Shown piece after piece: positions 9,178-19,211 of a stretch of DNA of 64,000 nt. The notes beneath the pieces were generated by a model, which was not told the DNA's origin, did no database searches, and saw nothing but the letters and a program-made list of their open reading frames with translations. The position numbers were made by a program, and so were the translations under genes. The stretch is from Jhaorihella sp. (lineage in GTDB: Bacteria; Pseudomonadota; Alphaproteobacteria; Rhodobacterales; Rhodobacteraceae), in assembly GCA_047975215.1 (NCBI GenBank), contig JBKEDD010000042.1:21946-85945 (forward strand), written 5' to 3'. Each line of letters begins with the position of its first letter. The first letter of the stretch is position 1.

Positions 9178-10317
9178 ATGAAAAAGCGCATATTCATCGT
9201 TGTTGTTCTGCTGGCGGCACTGGCCGCCGGAATCGTCGGTTTCGACCGGTTCCGCGGCCGGATGATTTCGGACTTCTTTGCCAACCGGCAGATCCTGCCG
9301 GTTACGGCGCCGGTCTATGAGGTCAAGCCGCTGGACTGGACGCCGGTGGTGTCCGCCATCGGCACCGTCGATGCGGCGAATGGCGTCGAACTGACGGTCG
9401 AGGCGGCCGGCATCATCCGGGATCTGAACTTTGCGGCCAACGATGCGATAAAGAAGAACACGTTGCTGGTAAGGCTGGACGACGCGGTTCAGGAGGCCGA
9501 CCTGGAGGCGCAGCGCACCCAGGCGCGGCTGGACCAGCAGGCGCTTGAGCGGACCCGCGAGTTGCAGGGCCGGGGGATCAGGTCGGGCGTTTCGCTGGAC
9601 GAGGCCGAGGCGCAGGCCGAAACCTCAAGGGCACAGGTGGCCAAGCTTCAGGCGGTACTTGAAACCAAGCGCGTCTATGCCCCGTTCGACGGTACCATCG
9701 GCATTCCGCGCGTCGATGCGGGCAGCTATGTGGCGCCGGGTACCATCATCGCGACCTTGCAGGATCTCGACAGGCTCTATGTCGATTTCAAGGTGCCCGA
9801 ACAGCAGCTTGGCCTGCTGTCCATCGGTCAGGAGGTGCGGGTCTGGGCCGAGGATGGCGCGACCCCCCTGATGGGGCGGATCGCGGGTATCGACCCCAGA
9901 ATCGACCCCGCCACGCGGCTCGGCCTTGTCCGTGCCAAGGTCGGCGCCACGCAAACGGGCGGCGCTGAGACCGAGGACAAGCAGGCACCGCTGATCCCCG
10001 GCCAGTTCGTGCAGGTCGCGGCGCAGCTCTCGATGCAGGCCGGCGTTCTGGCGGTGCCTCAGACCGCCGTCGTCACCAGCCTTTACGGTGACCATGTCTT
10101 TGTCGTGCGCCCGGCCAAGGATGATGCGGACAAGCAGGTGGCGCGGCAGGCATTCGTGACCACCGGGCGCCGGTCCGGCGAGATGGTCGAGATCGTCAAG
10201 GGCCTTGAGGCGGGCGACATGGTGGTGATCGCCGGGCAGAACCGCCTGTCCAACGGCACGCCGGTCATGCCTGACAATTCGGTCGCGCCGCTTGAGGGCG
10301 AGGCGGTCGGCGAATGA
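9178..10317 (+). CDS. RND efflux periplasmic adaptor (membrane fusion protein)
   Basis: MKKRIFIVVVLLAALAAG anchor, coiled-coil region and beta-barrel tail. ATGA overlaps the RND pump. ATG 9178 follows GGAAAG. Confidence 0.85.
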   Translation: MKKRIFIVVVLLAALAAGIVGFDRFRGRMISDFFANRQILPVTAPVYEVKPLDWTPVVSAIGTVDAANGVELTVEAAGIIRDLNFAANDAIKKNTLLVRLDDAVQEADLEAQRTQARLDQQALERTRELQGRGIRSGVSLDEAEAQAETSRAQVAKLQAVLETKRVYAPFDGTIGIPRVDAGSYVAPGTIIATLQDLDRLYVDFKVPEQQLGLLSIGQEVRVWAEDGATPLMGRIAGIDPRIDPATRLGLVRAKVGATQTGGAETEDKQAPLIPGQFVQVAAQLSMQAGVLAVPQTAVVTSLYGDHVFVVRPAKDDADKQVARQAFVTTGRRSGEMVEIVKGLEAGDMVVIAGQNRLSNGTPVMPDNSVAPLEGEAVGE

Positions 10318-13300
10318 GCGTTTCGGACATCTTCATCCGCCGTCCGGTGCTGTCCACGGTGCTGGGCGCGCTGATCCTGCTTCTGGGGTTTCAGGGCCTG
10401 TTCGACCTTCCGGTGCGCGAGTACCCGGAAGTCGAGGAAACGGTGATCACCGTCACCACCGTCTATCCCGGCGCCAGCGCCGAACTGATCCAGGGCTTTA
10501 TCAGCGCGCCAATCTCAAGCGCCGTCTCGACGACCGAGAACATCGACTATGTCAGCGCCACCAGCCGGCCCTCGGCCAGCGTCGTGACCGTGCGAATGAA
10601 GCTGGGCGCCAACCCGGACGTTGCCCTGACCGAAGTCATGTCCAAGGTCCAGCAGGTGCGCGGGCGGCTGCCGCAGGATGCCGAGGATCCGACCATCGTC
10701 AAGGGTACCGGGAGCAGTTTTGCCACCATGTACCTGGCGATGCAGAACCCGAACATGACATCCGAACAACTGACCGAATATATCGACCGGGTGATCCGCC
10801 CGCGCATGTCCACCATCGAGGGGGTGGCCGAGATTCAGATCATGGGCGGGTCGGAATATTCCATGCGGGTCTGGGTCGATCCGGTGAAACTGGCGTCGCG
10901 CGGGGTCACGGCGGGCGAACTGATGGCGGCGATCAACGCCTCGAACTTCCTGGCCGCGCCGGGCCGGACGGAAAACCTCTATGTCGCCTATCCGGTCTCG
11001 CTCCGTTCGACCTTGCAGACGCCCGAGGCGTTCGGGGCACTGCCGCTCAGATCGACGGGCGACGGCGTGGTCCGGCTGCGCGATGTGGCGCGGGTGGAAC
11101 TGGCCGCCGCCAGCACCGACACCATCGTCAACTTCAACGGCCAGCGCGGCGTATTCGTCGCCGTGTTCCCGACGCCCTCGGCAAACCCTCTGAGCACCGC
11201 CAGCGCCGTGATGGAGGAATTGCCGGCGATCCGCGACGGCCTGCCCGAGGGCATGACGCTGACGCTGATATATGACGCCACCGAGGCGATCAGCGCCTCG
11301 ATCGACGAGGTGTTCAAGACCATCGCCGAGGCGGTCGGCATCGTGGTGCTGGTGATCCTGCTGTTTCTGGGCTCTCTGCGCTCGGTCCTGATGCCTATCG
11401 TCACCATCCCGCTGTCGCTGATCGGGGTTGGCTTCGTGCTGTTCATGCTGGGCTATTCGATCAACCTGCTGACGCTGCTGGCTATGGTGCTGGCCATCGG
11501 TCTGGTGGTCGACGACGCCATCGTCGTGGTGGAGAACATCCACCGCCATATCGAGGACGGGATGAGCCCGAAACAGGCGGCGTTCCGGGGCATGTCCGAG
11601 ATCACCGGCCCGGTGATCGCCATGACCATCACCCTGGCGGCGGTGTTCACACCGCTTCTGTTCACCGGCGGGCTGACCGGCGCGCTGTTTTCCGAGTTTG
11701 CCATGACGCTGGCCGGCGCGGTGGTGATTTCGGGCATAGTGGCGCTGACCATCACGCCGATGATGTCCGCCCGGCTGCTCAGGAAGGGTGGGCACAGCCG
11801 GTTCCAGAAGGTGGTGGACAGCGGCTTTGAGCGGCTGGCGGGCTGGTACGAACGGCGCGTGCGCTCGTCGCTGGATTACCGGCCGGTCACGTTGCTGCTG
11901 GTGGCCGGGCTGGCCGGGCTGACGGGGTTCATGTTCCTGCACACGTCAAGCGAACTGGCCCCGGAGGAGGATCGCGGGGCGCTGTTTTCCATCGTCAACG
12001 CGCCCAGCTATGCCACGGTCGAGTATTCCCAGCTCTATTCTGAGCAGATGCGCGCGCTGACCAGGGATATCCCCGAGCTCGAGGCGAATTTCTCCATCGT
12101 CGGCATGGGCGGGCAGACCAATTCGGCCATCGCGCTCTGGGCGTTCAAGGACTGGTCCGAGCGCGACCGCTCGCAAAAGCAGTTGCAGACCGATATCCAG
12201 AACCGGCTGGCGACGGTTTCGGGCGTGGAGCCGCTGGTGTTCGCGCCGCCCTCGCTGCCGGGCGCGGGCGGCGGGTTGCCGATCTCGGTGGTGATCCAGT
12301 CGACGGGCAGCCCCGACCGGGTGGCCGAGGTCAGCGAGGAAATCAAGCGCAGGGCCGAGGCCACGGGGCAATTCATCGTCGTGCAGAATTCGCTTTCGTT
12401 CGACCAGCAGCAGGTGGTGGTGACGATCGACCGCGACCGCGCCGCGGCGCTGAACCTGTCGGTGCGCGATATTGCCAGCACGCTGGGCCTGCTGGTGAGC
12501 GAAGGTGCCATCGCGCAGTTTGACCGCGAAAGCAACAGCTATGACATCATCGTGCAGGTGCCCCGGCGGTTCCGCAACAACCCCGAGATGCTGGGCGAGT
12601 TCTTCGTGCGCTCGGTCAGCGGCGACATGGTGCCGCTGTCGGCGGTCGTGAACATCTCGACCGACGTGACCGCCACCGCCATCGAACAGTTCGACCAGCT
12701 CAATTCCTCGACCGTTTCGGCGCTGCCGATGCCCGGCGTGACCACCGGCACGGGGTTGCAGACCATCGTCGATATCGCCCGCGAGGAATTGCGCGACGGG
12801 TTCTTCATCGACTATACCGGCCAGTCGCGCCTTGAGGTCGAGGAGGGCAACACCATCGCCATCGCCTTCGCCCTGGCGCTGACGGTGATCTATCTGGTTC
12901 TGGCCGCCCAGTTCGAAAGCTTCCGCGATCCCTTCGTCATCATGATGACGGTGCCGCTGTCGATGTTCGGGGCGATGGTGCCGCTGTTCTTCGGGCTTTC
13001 GACGCTCAACATCTATACCCAGGTCGGGCTGATCACGCTGATCGGGCTGATTACGAAGCATGGTATCCTGATGGTCGAATTCGCCAACCAGCAGCGCCGC
13101 GAACACGGGCTGGACCGGGCCGCGGCGATCACCGCGGCGGCCCGGACCCGGCTGCGCCCGATCCTGATGACCACGGCGGCGATGGGTCTGGGGGTGGTGC
13201 CGCTGATCCTGGCCAGCGGTGCCGGGGCGGCGGCGCGGTTCTCGATGGGCCTGGTGATCTTCTCGGGTATCATGGTGGGCACGCTGTTCACCCTGTTCGT

Positions 13301-13385
13301 GGTGCCGATGTTCTATACCTATATCGCACGCCGCGACCTGGCGGCCGAAACCGACGACGACCGCCCGCCGGCCGCGGCGCGCTGA
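10314..13385 (+). CDS. RND-family multidrug efflux permease (AcrB/AcrD/AcrF type)
   Basis: 1023 aa. MSVSDIFIRRPVLSTVL N-terminus. Two large periplasmic loops and 12 TM segments. Confidence 0.9.
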   Translation: MSVSDIFIRRPVLSTVLGALILLLGFQGLFDLPVREYPEVEETVITVTTVYPGASAELIQGFISAPISSAVSTTENIDYVSATSRPSASVVTVRMKLGANPDVALTEVMSKVQQVRGRLPQDAEDPTIVKGTGSSFATMYLAMQNPNMTSEQLTEYIDRVIRPRMSTIEGVAEIQIMGGSEYSMRVWVDPVKLASRGVTAGELMAAINASNFLAAPGRTENLYVAYPVSLRSTLQTPEAFGALPLRSTGDGVVRLRDVARVELAAASTDTIVNFNGQRGVFVAVFPTPSANPLSTASAVMEELPAIRDGLPEGMTLTLIYDATEAISASIDEVFKTIAEAVGIVVLVILLFLGSLRSVLMPIVTIPLSLIGVGFVLFMLGYSINLLTLLAMVLAIGLVVDDAIVVVENIHRHIEDGMSPKQAAFRGMSEITGPVIAMTITLAAVFTPLLFTGGLTGALFSEFAMTLAGAVVISGIVALTITPMMSARLLRKGGHSRFQKVVDSGFERLAGWYERRVRSSLDYRPVTLLLVAGLAGLTGFMFLHTSSELAPEEDRGALFSIVNAPSYATVEYSQLYSEQMRALTRDIPELEANFSIVGMGGQTNSAIALWAFKDWSERDRSQKQLQTDIQNRLATVSGVEPLVFAPPSLPGAGGGLPISVVIQSTGSPDRVAEVSEEIKRRAEATGQFIVVQNSLSFDQQQVVVTIDRDRAAALNLSVRDIASTLGLLVSEGAIAQFDRESNSYDIIVQVPRRFRNNPEMLGEFFVRSVSGDMVPLSAVVNISTDVTATAIEQFDQLNSSTVSALPMPGVTTGTGLQTIVDIAREELRDGFFIDYTGQSRLEVEEGNTIAIAFALALTVIYLVLAAQFESFRDPFVIMMTVPLSMFGAMVPLFFGLSTLNIYTQVGLITLIGLITKHGILMVEFANQQRREHGLDRAAAITAAARTRLRPILMTTAAMGLGVVPLILASGAGAAARFSMGLVIFSGIMVGTLFTLFVVPMFYTYIARRDLAAETDDDRPPAAAR

Positions 13386-13687
13386 ACGCGCCCGGCCGTC
13401 AGGGGCGCGCGGGCCCGTTCAGGTCCACCGCCACCTTCGCGCTCAGGCTTTGCAGGCTGAGATGCAAGGGCCGGGTCGCGTAGTGCGGATTGTGGGCATG
13501 GGTGGCGCCCTCCTTGGACATGAACCGATAGTTACGGGTAGTTGCGGGCCGCCTTCAGCAGGCGCGGGATGCGAACGAACGGTTCTTCGCAGGCGCGAAG
13601 GATTTTCTTGCGATACCGAATATGTTTGATAACCATCAATATACGGAGCGGCGTCGCACGCGCGACGTGGCATTGGGAGGAGAGAAC

Positions 13688-14707
13688 ATGAAGAAGTATC
13701 AAATCGCGCTTGGCGCGGTTCTGGCGTTGCTGATTCCGGTCGCCGGGCAGGCCCAGGATGTCACGCTGCGCCTGTCGCATTGGGTGCCGGCGGGCATCGC
13801 ACCGGCCAAGAAGGGGATCGAACCCTGGGCCAAATCCGTCGAGGAGGCATCCGGCGGCAGTATCGCGATCCAGATCTTTCCGGCCCAGCAACTTGGCAAG
13901 GCGCCCGATCACTATGACATGGCCAAGCAGGGCATCGTCGATTTCGCCTGGATCAACCCGGGCTATACCGCCGGCCGCTTTCCGATCTACGGGCTGACCG
14001 AAGTGCCGTTCATGGTTGACGATTCGGTCGCCGGCGCCAAGGCGATCCATGAATGGTACGCAGAATACGGCGCGAGCCAGGAAATGGGTGACGTCAAGGT
14101 ATGCTTCATCCATCCGCACGGGCCGGGTGCGCTGCATTCCAAGGTCAAGATCACCAGACCCGAAGAGGTCGCGGGCAAGAATGTCCGACCCGCCCACGCC
14201 ACCATGGCCCGGTTCGTCAGCCTTCTGGGCGGCGGCCCGGTGCAGGTGCCCGCCCCGGAAGTGCGCGAGGCGCTGTCGCGCGGCACCGCCGAGGCCGTCA
14301 CCTTCCCCTGGGGGTCGATGTACGATTTCAAGCTGACCGACGAGGTTCAGCAGCACCTCGATATGCCGTTCTACATGTCGGCGCAGGCGCTGGTGATGAA
14401 CCTGGCCAGCTATGACGGACTGTCGGACGCCAACAAGGCGGTGATCGACGCCCATTGCACGCCGGAATGGTCGGCCAGGGTGTCGCAGGGCTGGTTCGAG
14501 GACGACATGGCGGCGCGCGACAAGCTGATCGCCGACCCCGAACAGATCCTGAATGTACCCACCGATGAAGAGGTTGCTTCCTGGCGCAAGGCGGCCGAAC
14601 CGCTGATCGGCGAATGGCGCGAAAACGTCGCGGCGAAGGGCGGCGACCCCGATGCCATACTCGATGGCTACATCAAGGCGCTGGAAGCCAACGACGCCCG
14701 CTACTGA
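13688..14707 (+). CDS. TRAP transporter solute-binding protein (DctP family)
   Basis: MKKYQIALGAVLALLIPVAGQAQD signal peptide. GGGAGGAGAG SD. Followed by DctQ and DctM. Confidence 0.85.
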   Translation: MKKYQIALGAVLALLIPVAGQAQDVTLRLSHWVPAGIAPAKKGIEPWAKSVEEASGGSIAIQIFPAQQLGKAPDHYDMAKQGIVDFAWINPGYTAGRFPIYGLTEVPFMVDDSVAGAKAIHEWYAEYGASQEMGDVKVCFIHPHGPGALHSKVKITRPEEVAGKNVRPAHATMARFVSLLGGGPVQVPAPEVREALSRGTAEAVTFPWGSMYDFKLTDEVQQHLDMPFYMSAQALVMNLASYDGLSDANKAVIDAHCTPEWSARVSQGWFEDDMAARDKLIADPEQILNVPTDEEVASWRKAAEPLIGEWRENVAAKGGDPDAILDGYIKALEANDARY

Positions 14708-14761
14708 CACCGGTTCCGTGCGGGGCCTTGGCCCCGCGCGGCGCCTGCGGGGACAGCGAAG

Positions 14762-15310
14762 ATGCCCTATTCCCAAGACTACAGACCGGCGGTCGAGCGC
14801 GCCATCCTGACGATCGAACGGGTCGCCGGGGTCATGCTCGGGGTCGCCACCCTGCTGATCGTGATCTCCGCCGTCGGCCGCTACGGTTTCGCACGGCCGC
14901 TGCCCGACGCGTTCGACCTGTCGCGGCTGATCCTTGGCATCGCCATTGCCTGGGGCTTTGCCAGCCTTGGCTATCACGGCAGCCATATCAAGGTCGACCT
15001 GCTGGCCCATGGCCTGCCATTGCTGCTGCTCAGGGCGATGAATGCCTTTGCCTGGGCGGTGCTGCTGGGCTTCACCGCGCTGTTGTGCTGGAAGATCGGC
15101 GAACGGGTGCAAAGCGCGGTCTCTGGCGGCGACGTGACGATGGATTTGCGCCTGCCGCACTGGGTGTTCTTTCTGGCGATCTGGCTGGGCATCCTCGCGG
15201 CGCTGTTCACCACCGGCTTGCGCCTGTGGCTTATCGCGGCGCGCGGCCGGGGCCTGGGCGAATACGACGGAATCGAGACCCGCCTGGGCGAACCGGGCAA
15301 ACCGCGATGA
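14762..15310 (+). CDS. TRAP transporter small permease (DctQ)
   Basis: 182 aa, 4 TM segments. ATGA overlaps the DctM start at 15307. Confidence 0.8.
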   Translation: MPYSQDYRPAVERAILTIERVAGVMLGVATLLIVISAVGRYGFARPLPDAFDLSRLILGIAIAWGFASLGYHGSHIKVDLLAHGLPLLLLRAMNAFAWAVLLGFTALLCWKIGERVQSAVSGGDVTMDLRLPHWVFFLAIWLGILAALFTTGLRLWLIAARGRGLGEYDGIETRLGEPGKPR

Positions 15311-16599
15311 GCAACGGACTGATTGCCGGCGGCGGCTTTGCCATCCTGTTCGCGCTGATGATTCTGCGGGTGCCGATAGGGGTGGCCATGGGGCTGGTCG
15401 GGATCGGCGGGTTCGGCGCGGTGGTCGGTTTCGGGCCGGCGCTGAACCTGCTGGCGCAATCGCCGATCAGCACCATGACCGATTTCAACCTCACGCTGAT
15501 TCCGTTCTTCGTTCTGATGGGGGTACTGGCGACCAATTCGGGCATGTCCAGGGAACTGTTCGCGGCCGGACGTGCCTGGATGGGGGGCTTGCGCGGTGGG
15601 CTGGGGCTGGCCTCGGTCGGGGCCTGCGCCGGGTTCGCGGCGATCTGCGGGTCATCGGTGGCCACGGCGGCGACGATGACCAAGATCGCCTATCCCGAGA
15701 TGCGCAATGCCGGTTATCCCGACGATGCCGCAACCGGCATCATCGCGGCGGGGGGTACGCTTGGCATCCTGATCCCGCCATCGGTGGTGCTGGCGGTCTA
15801 TGGCTTCATCACCGAACAGGATATCGGCGTGCTGTTCATCGCCGGAGTCGTTCCCGGCATCCTGGCGGTAATCATGTACATGCTGACGGTGCGCATCTGG
15901 TATGCGCGCGTCCTGCCCGCCGGCGACCGTTTCGACCTCGGGGCCGCCATCGCTTCGCTGCGCGGGGTCTGGGCGGTGGGGCTGCTGTTCGTGGCCGTGA
16001 TCGTGTCGATCTACCTTGGCGTGGTGACAGCGACCGAGGCTGCCGCCGCCGGTGCCTTCCTGACCGCGATCATCGGGCTTGCGCGCGGGCGGCTGTCGGT
16101 GGGCGGTCTGCTGGACTGCCTGGTCGAGGCGCTGCGCACGTCGGTCGCCATCTATGTCGTTCTGATCGGAGCGACGCTGTTCGGCTATTTCCTGGCCGTG
16201 ACCCAGGTGCCCCAGGAACTGACGCAATACCTGCTGGGGCTGGGGGCGGGAAAATACGGGACGCTGGTTCTCATCATGGTGATGTTCCTGATCATGGGCT
16301 GTTTTCTGGATGCCATGGCGATGATCATCCTGATGGTACCCATCGTGTTCCCGGTCGTTCTCGAACTCGGGTTCGATCCGATCTGGTTCGGCGTCATCAT
16401 CGTGATGACGGTCGAGCTTGGCCTGATCACGCCGCCGGTGGGGATGAACGTGTTCGTGATAAACTCCATCGCCAGCCGGGTCAGCCTGCCGACCATCTTT
16501 CGCGGCGTTCTGCCTTTCGTCTGTGTCGATGTACTGCGGCTGGTTATCCTGATCGCATTCCCGGCGCTGGTTCTGTTCCTGCCCTCGGGGATGCACTGA
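15307..16599 (+). CDS. TRAP transporter large permease (DctM)
   Basis: Real start is MSNGLIAGGGFAILFALMILRVPIG, inside the 661-aa track ORF. About 430 aa and polytopic. Confidence 0.85.
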   Translation: MSNGLIAGGGFAILFALMILRVPIGVAMGLVGIGGFGAVVGFGPALNLLAQSPISTMTDFNLTLIPFFVLMGVLATNSGMSRELFAAGRAWMGGLRGGLGLASVGACAGFAAICGSSVATAATMTKIAYPEMRNAGYPDDAATGIIAAGGTLGILIPPSVVLAVYGFITEQDIGVLFIAGVVPGILAVIMYMLTVRIWYARVLPAGDRFDLGAAIASLRGVWAVGLLFVAVIVSIYLGVVTATEAAAAGAFLTAIIGLARGRLSVGGLLDCLVEALRTSVAIYVVLIGATLFGYFLAVTQVPQELTQYLLGLGAGKYGTLVLIMVMFLIMGCFLDAMAMIILMVPIVFPVVLELGFDPIWFGVIIVMTVELGLITPPVGMNVFVINSIASRVSLPTIFRGVLPFVCVDVLRLVILIAFPALVLFLPSGMH

Positions 16600-16601
16600 G
16601 G

Positions 16602-16838
16602 ATGCCGGGGAATCTGCATCAGCGCGGGCAGGTGATCGAGCCCGACGACCCGTTGCGCCGGGTGTTCCTGACCGGGGCCGGGCAGCACCGGACCGCCCTG
16701 CTGGAACGCGAGGTGAACGCGCATGAGGCGGCGATGATGTGCAGATTCAGCAAGGCCGAGCGCGACCGGCTGCTGGGGCGGCTCGATGACAACTTGCGCG
16801 CGGCGCTGGTTGGCCGGGAAAGGCGCGAAGCGCCGTGA
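16602..16838 (+). pseudogene. C-terminal fragment of a MarR-family regulator (wing + dimerisation helix only)
   Basis: RGQVIEPDDPLRRVFLTGAGQHRTALLE..FSKAERDRLLGRLDD matches the MarR wing/alpha-5/6 pattern. No HTH half is present. Starts 3 nt after the dctM stop. Confidence 0.4.
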
Positions 16839-17178
16839 AATTCCGAACCCAATGGGACATTCCTGCGCCGGAAGCGCGCGATACCAGCCCGTGTTTCCGA
16901 TTGAAGGGCGTGGATCCTGACAACGCTCGAGGGCGCGTTGGGGAGAACATCGCAAACCCGCTGCCTTTCGTTTCAATCGACGGACCAAAGAGGGGCAGGT
17001 CACGATCCGCACAAGAAACACGATGAAGAAGTTGCAAACCGACCTGCTTGCGCCCGGATTGCGGCCTTGCCGCGGCGTGCCGGTTGGGCGCGGGCGTTCG
17101 CCCCATGCCGGGGCGTGCGCATCTGCCCATTGGTTTTGCCGCTGCGCCATGGCATGAGTCGCGCCGGGGAGGGACAGG

Positions 17179-17676
17179 ATGCGAACGACATATCTATCGC
17201 TGGCACGGTTGCTGGACCGGCTGGCCTGGGTGCTTTGCCTTTTCACCGCCGCGATCCTGACCATGATCGTGCTCGCGGTCGTGGTACTGCGCTACGGGTT
17301 CGGTGTCGGCTTTATCGAGTTGCAGGACAGCGCCACCTATGCCTTCGCGGTGCTGGTGATCTTTTCCGTGCCGGTCTGTCTTGCGCGCGACGGGCATGTG
17401 CGGGTCGAGGTGATATCGGAGCGGCTGCCGCCCGGCTATCGGCGCTGGGCGGATATCGCGGCGTTGGTGTTGTTCCTGATCCCGATGTTCGGGGTGCTGA
17501 TCTGGGCCTGGTGGCCGCAGATGGTCTATGCCTGGTCGATTCGCGAGGCGTCGCTGGAAACCGGCGGGCTGGGGGGGCTCTATCTGGTCAAGACAGCGTT
17601 GCCGGTCGCGGCGGCGCTGACCATCGTGCAGGGGCTGGCCGCCGTTCTGAAGGGGGCACCCGATGACGCCGCATGA
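17179..17676 (+). CDS. TRAP transporter small permease (DctQ-like), second system
   Basis: 165 aa, 4 TM segments. GGGGAGGGACAGG SD. Overlaps the following DctM. Confidence 0.8.
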   Translation: MRTTYLSLARLLDRLAWVLCLFTAAILTMIVLAVVVLRYGFGVGFIELQDSATYAFAVLVIFSVPVCLARDGHVRVEVISERLPPGYRRWADIAALVLFLIPMFGVLIWAWWPQMVYAWSIREASLETGGLGGLYLVKTALPVAAALTIVQGLAAVLKGAPDDAA

Positions 17677-19195
17677 GATTTTCCTGATCGTCCTGATCGG
17701 AGGCCTGTTTGCCGGCATCCTCAGCGGCATTCCCGCGATGCTGGCGATTGCGGGCGTACCATTGGTGACGGCCGTTCTGGCCAGCCTGATGGGCCAGTTC
17801 GACCTGTCGTTCCTTGGCTTTTTCCCGGCCCGCGTATGGGGGGTGATGACCAACACGCTCTTGATGGCGGTGCCGCTGTTCGTGCTGATGGGCGTGCTGC
17901 TCGAACGCTCCGGGCTGGCCGAACGGATGCTGGGGGTTCTGTCGCGCATGCTGGGGGGCAGCCCGCGCGGTATCACGCTGTCGGTGCTTGTGTTCTCGAC
18001 CCTGATCGTCGCCTCCACCGGGATCATCGGCGCAACCGTGGTGATGCTGGTGCTGATCAGCCTGCCGGCGATGCTGGAAGCCGGGGTGAAACCGCGCCTG
18101 GCCTCGGGCGTGATCTGCGCCAGCGGCACGCTGGGGCAGATCATTCCGCCGTCGATCCTGCTGGTGCTGCTGGGCGACCAGATCGGCAATACCTATCTGG
18201 AGGCACAGCAGAAGGCGGGGAACTTCGCGATCCAGCCGGTTTCCGTCGGCGACCTGTTCGCGGGGGCGCTGATTCCCGGGCTGATCCTCGTCTGCCTGTA
18301 TGCCGCGTTCATCGCCGTTGCGCTGCGCCCGGGCGCGGGGCGCGCAAAGCCGCGGCGCGAGGCAGTACCCATGGGCGAGATCCTGTCCACCTTCCTGCCG
18401 CCCATCGGGCTGATCCTGGCCGTTCTGGGTTCGATCCTCGCCGGTGTCGCCACCACGACCGAGGCGGCGGGCGTCGGAGCGGTGGGCGCGCTGTTGCTGG
18501 CAGGTTACATGAGCGGACGGCCCGGACCGGGGCGGCCGCTGATCCTGGCCGCCGCCGTTGCCGCGCTGGTCTTTGTCGTGCTGCGCGCCGCCGGAGCCGG
18601 GCACGGCCCGGCCGCCAACGCCGTGGGCGCGTTCGCGGCGCTGCTGATCGCGTCGGGCACGCTGGCGGCGGGCTGGCGGGTGGCGCGGGGCGGCGTTCTG
18701 GTCAGCGCGCTGACCGAAACGGCGCGCATCTCGGGTATGGTGTTCGGTATTGTCATTGCCGCCTCGATGCTTTCCCTGGTTTTCCGCGGCTTTGGCGGCG
18801 ATCACACCGTCGCGCAGCTGCTTGCGGACGTTCCTGGCGGGACCACCGGCGCGCTGGCGCTGGTCATGGCGGTGGTGTTCGTTCTCGGCTTCATGCTGGA
18901 GGCGGTCGAGATCATCTATATCGTGGTGCCGCTTCTGGGGCCGCCGATCCTGGGTACCGACATCTCTCCGGTCTGGTTCGGCGTATTGTTGGCGATGAAC
19001 CTGCAAACCTCGTTCCTGACGCCGCCTTTCGGTTTCGCGCTGTTCTATTTCCGCTCGGTGGCGCCGAAATCCATTGCCACGGCCGATATTTATTTCGGGG
19101 TGATACCATTCGTCTGCTTGCAGGTTGCAGCACTTGGTATTCTGATGGCACTACCGGAGCTTGCAACATGGCTGCCGGAACAGATGTTCAGATGA
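17663..19195 (+). CDS. TRAP transporter large permease (long DctM type), second system
   Basis: 510 aa polytopic protein. Gene order Q-M-P. Confidence 0.85.
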   Translation: MTPHEIFLIVLIGGLFAGILSGIPAMLAIAGVPLVTAVLASLMGQFDLSFLGFFPARVWGVMTNTLLMAVPLFVLMGVLLERSGLAERMLGVLSRMLGGSPRGITLSVLVFSTLIVASTGIIGATVVMLVLISLPAMLEAGVKPRLASGVICASGTLGQIIPPSILLVLLGDQIGNTYLEAQQKAGNFAIQPVSVGDLFAGALIPGLILVCLYAAFIAVALRPGAGRAKPRREAVPMGEILSTFLPPIGLILAVLGSILAGVATTTEAAGVGAVGALLLAGYMSGRPGPGRPLILAAAVAALVFVVLRAAGAGHGPAANAVGAFAALLIASGTLAAGWRVARGGVLVSALTETARISGMVFGIVIAASMLSLVFRGFGGDHTVAQLLADVPGGTTGALALVMAVVFVLGFMLEAVEIIYIVVPLLGPPILGTDISPVWFGVLLAMNLQTSFLTPPFGFALFYFRSVAPKSIATADIYFGVIPFVCLQVAALGILMALPELATWLPEQMFR

Positions 19196-19211
19196 ACGGG
19201 GAGACTGACCT

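Noticed and set aside
13402-13642. Two small minus-strand ORFs (34 aa MVIKHIRYRKKILRACEEPFVRIPRLLKAARNYP and 40 aa MSKEGATHAHNPHY...) in the RND-TRAP spacer.
   Set aside because: No SD, atypical codon usage and no recognisable family. The AT-rich part, including the TTGAT-AACC-ATCAA dyad at 13626-13639, more likely belongs to the dctP promoter/operator.
13532-15160. 542-aa minus-strand ORF opposite the TRAP dctP/dctQ genes. Similar long ORFs occur at 10515-11942, 16185-17264, 17588-19006, 23683-25923, 26392-27084, 44612-46393 and 46957-48429.
   Set aside because: These are Arg/Gly/Pro/His-rich low-complexity translations with no recognisable motifs. Each lies antisense to a gene with clear family signatures. 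They are typical shadow ORFs of high-GC DNA.
17022-17156. 44-aa ORF (MKKLQTDLLAPG...) upstream of the second TRAP operon.
   Set aside because: Weak or absent SD, Cys/Arg/Gly-rich sequence and no signal-peptide or TM character. Probably non-coding leader.
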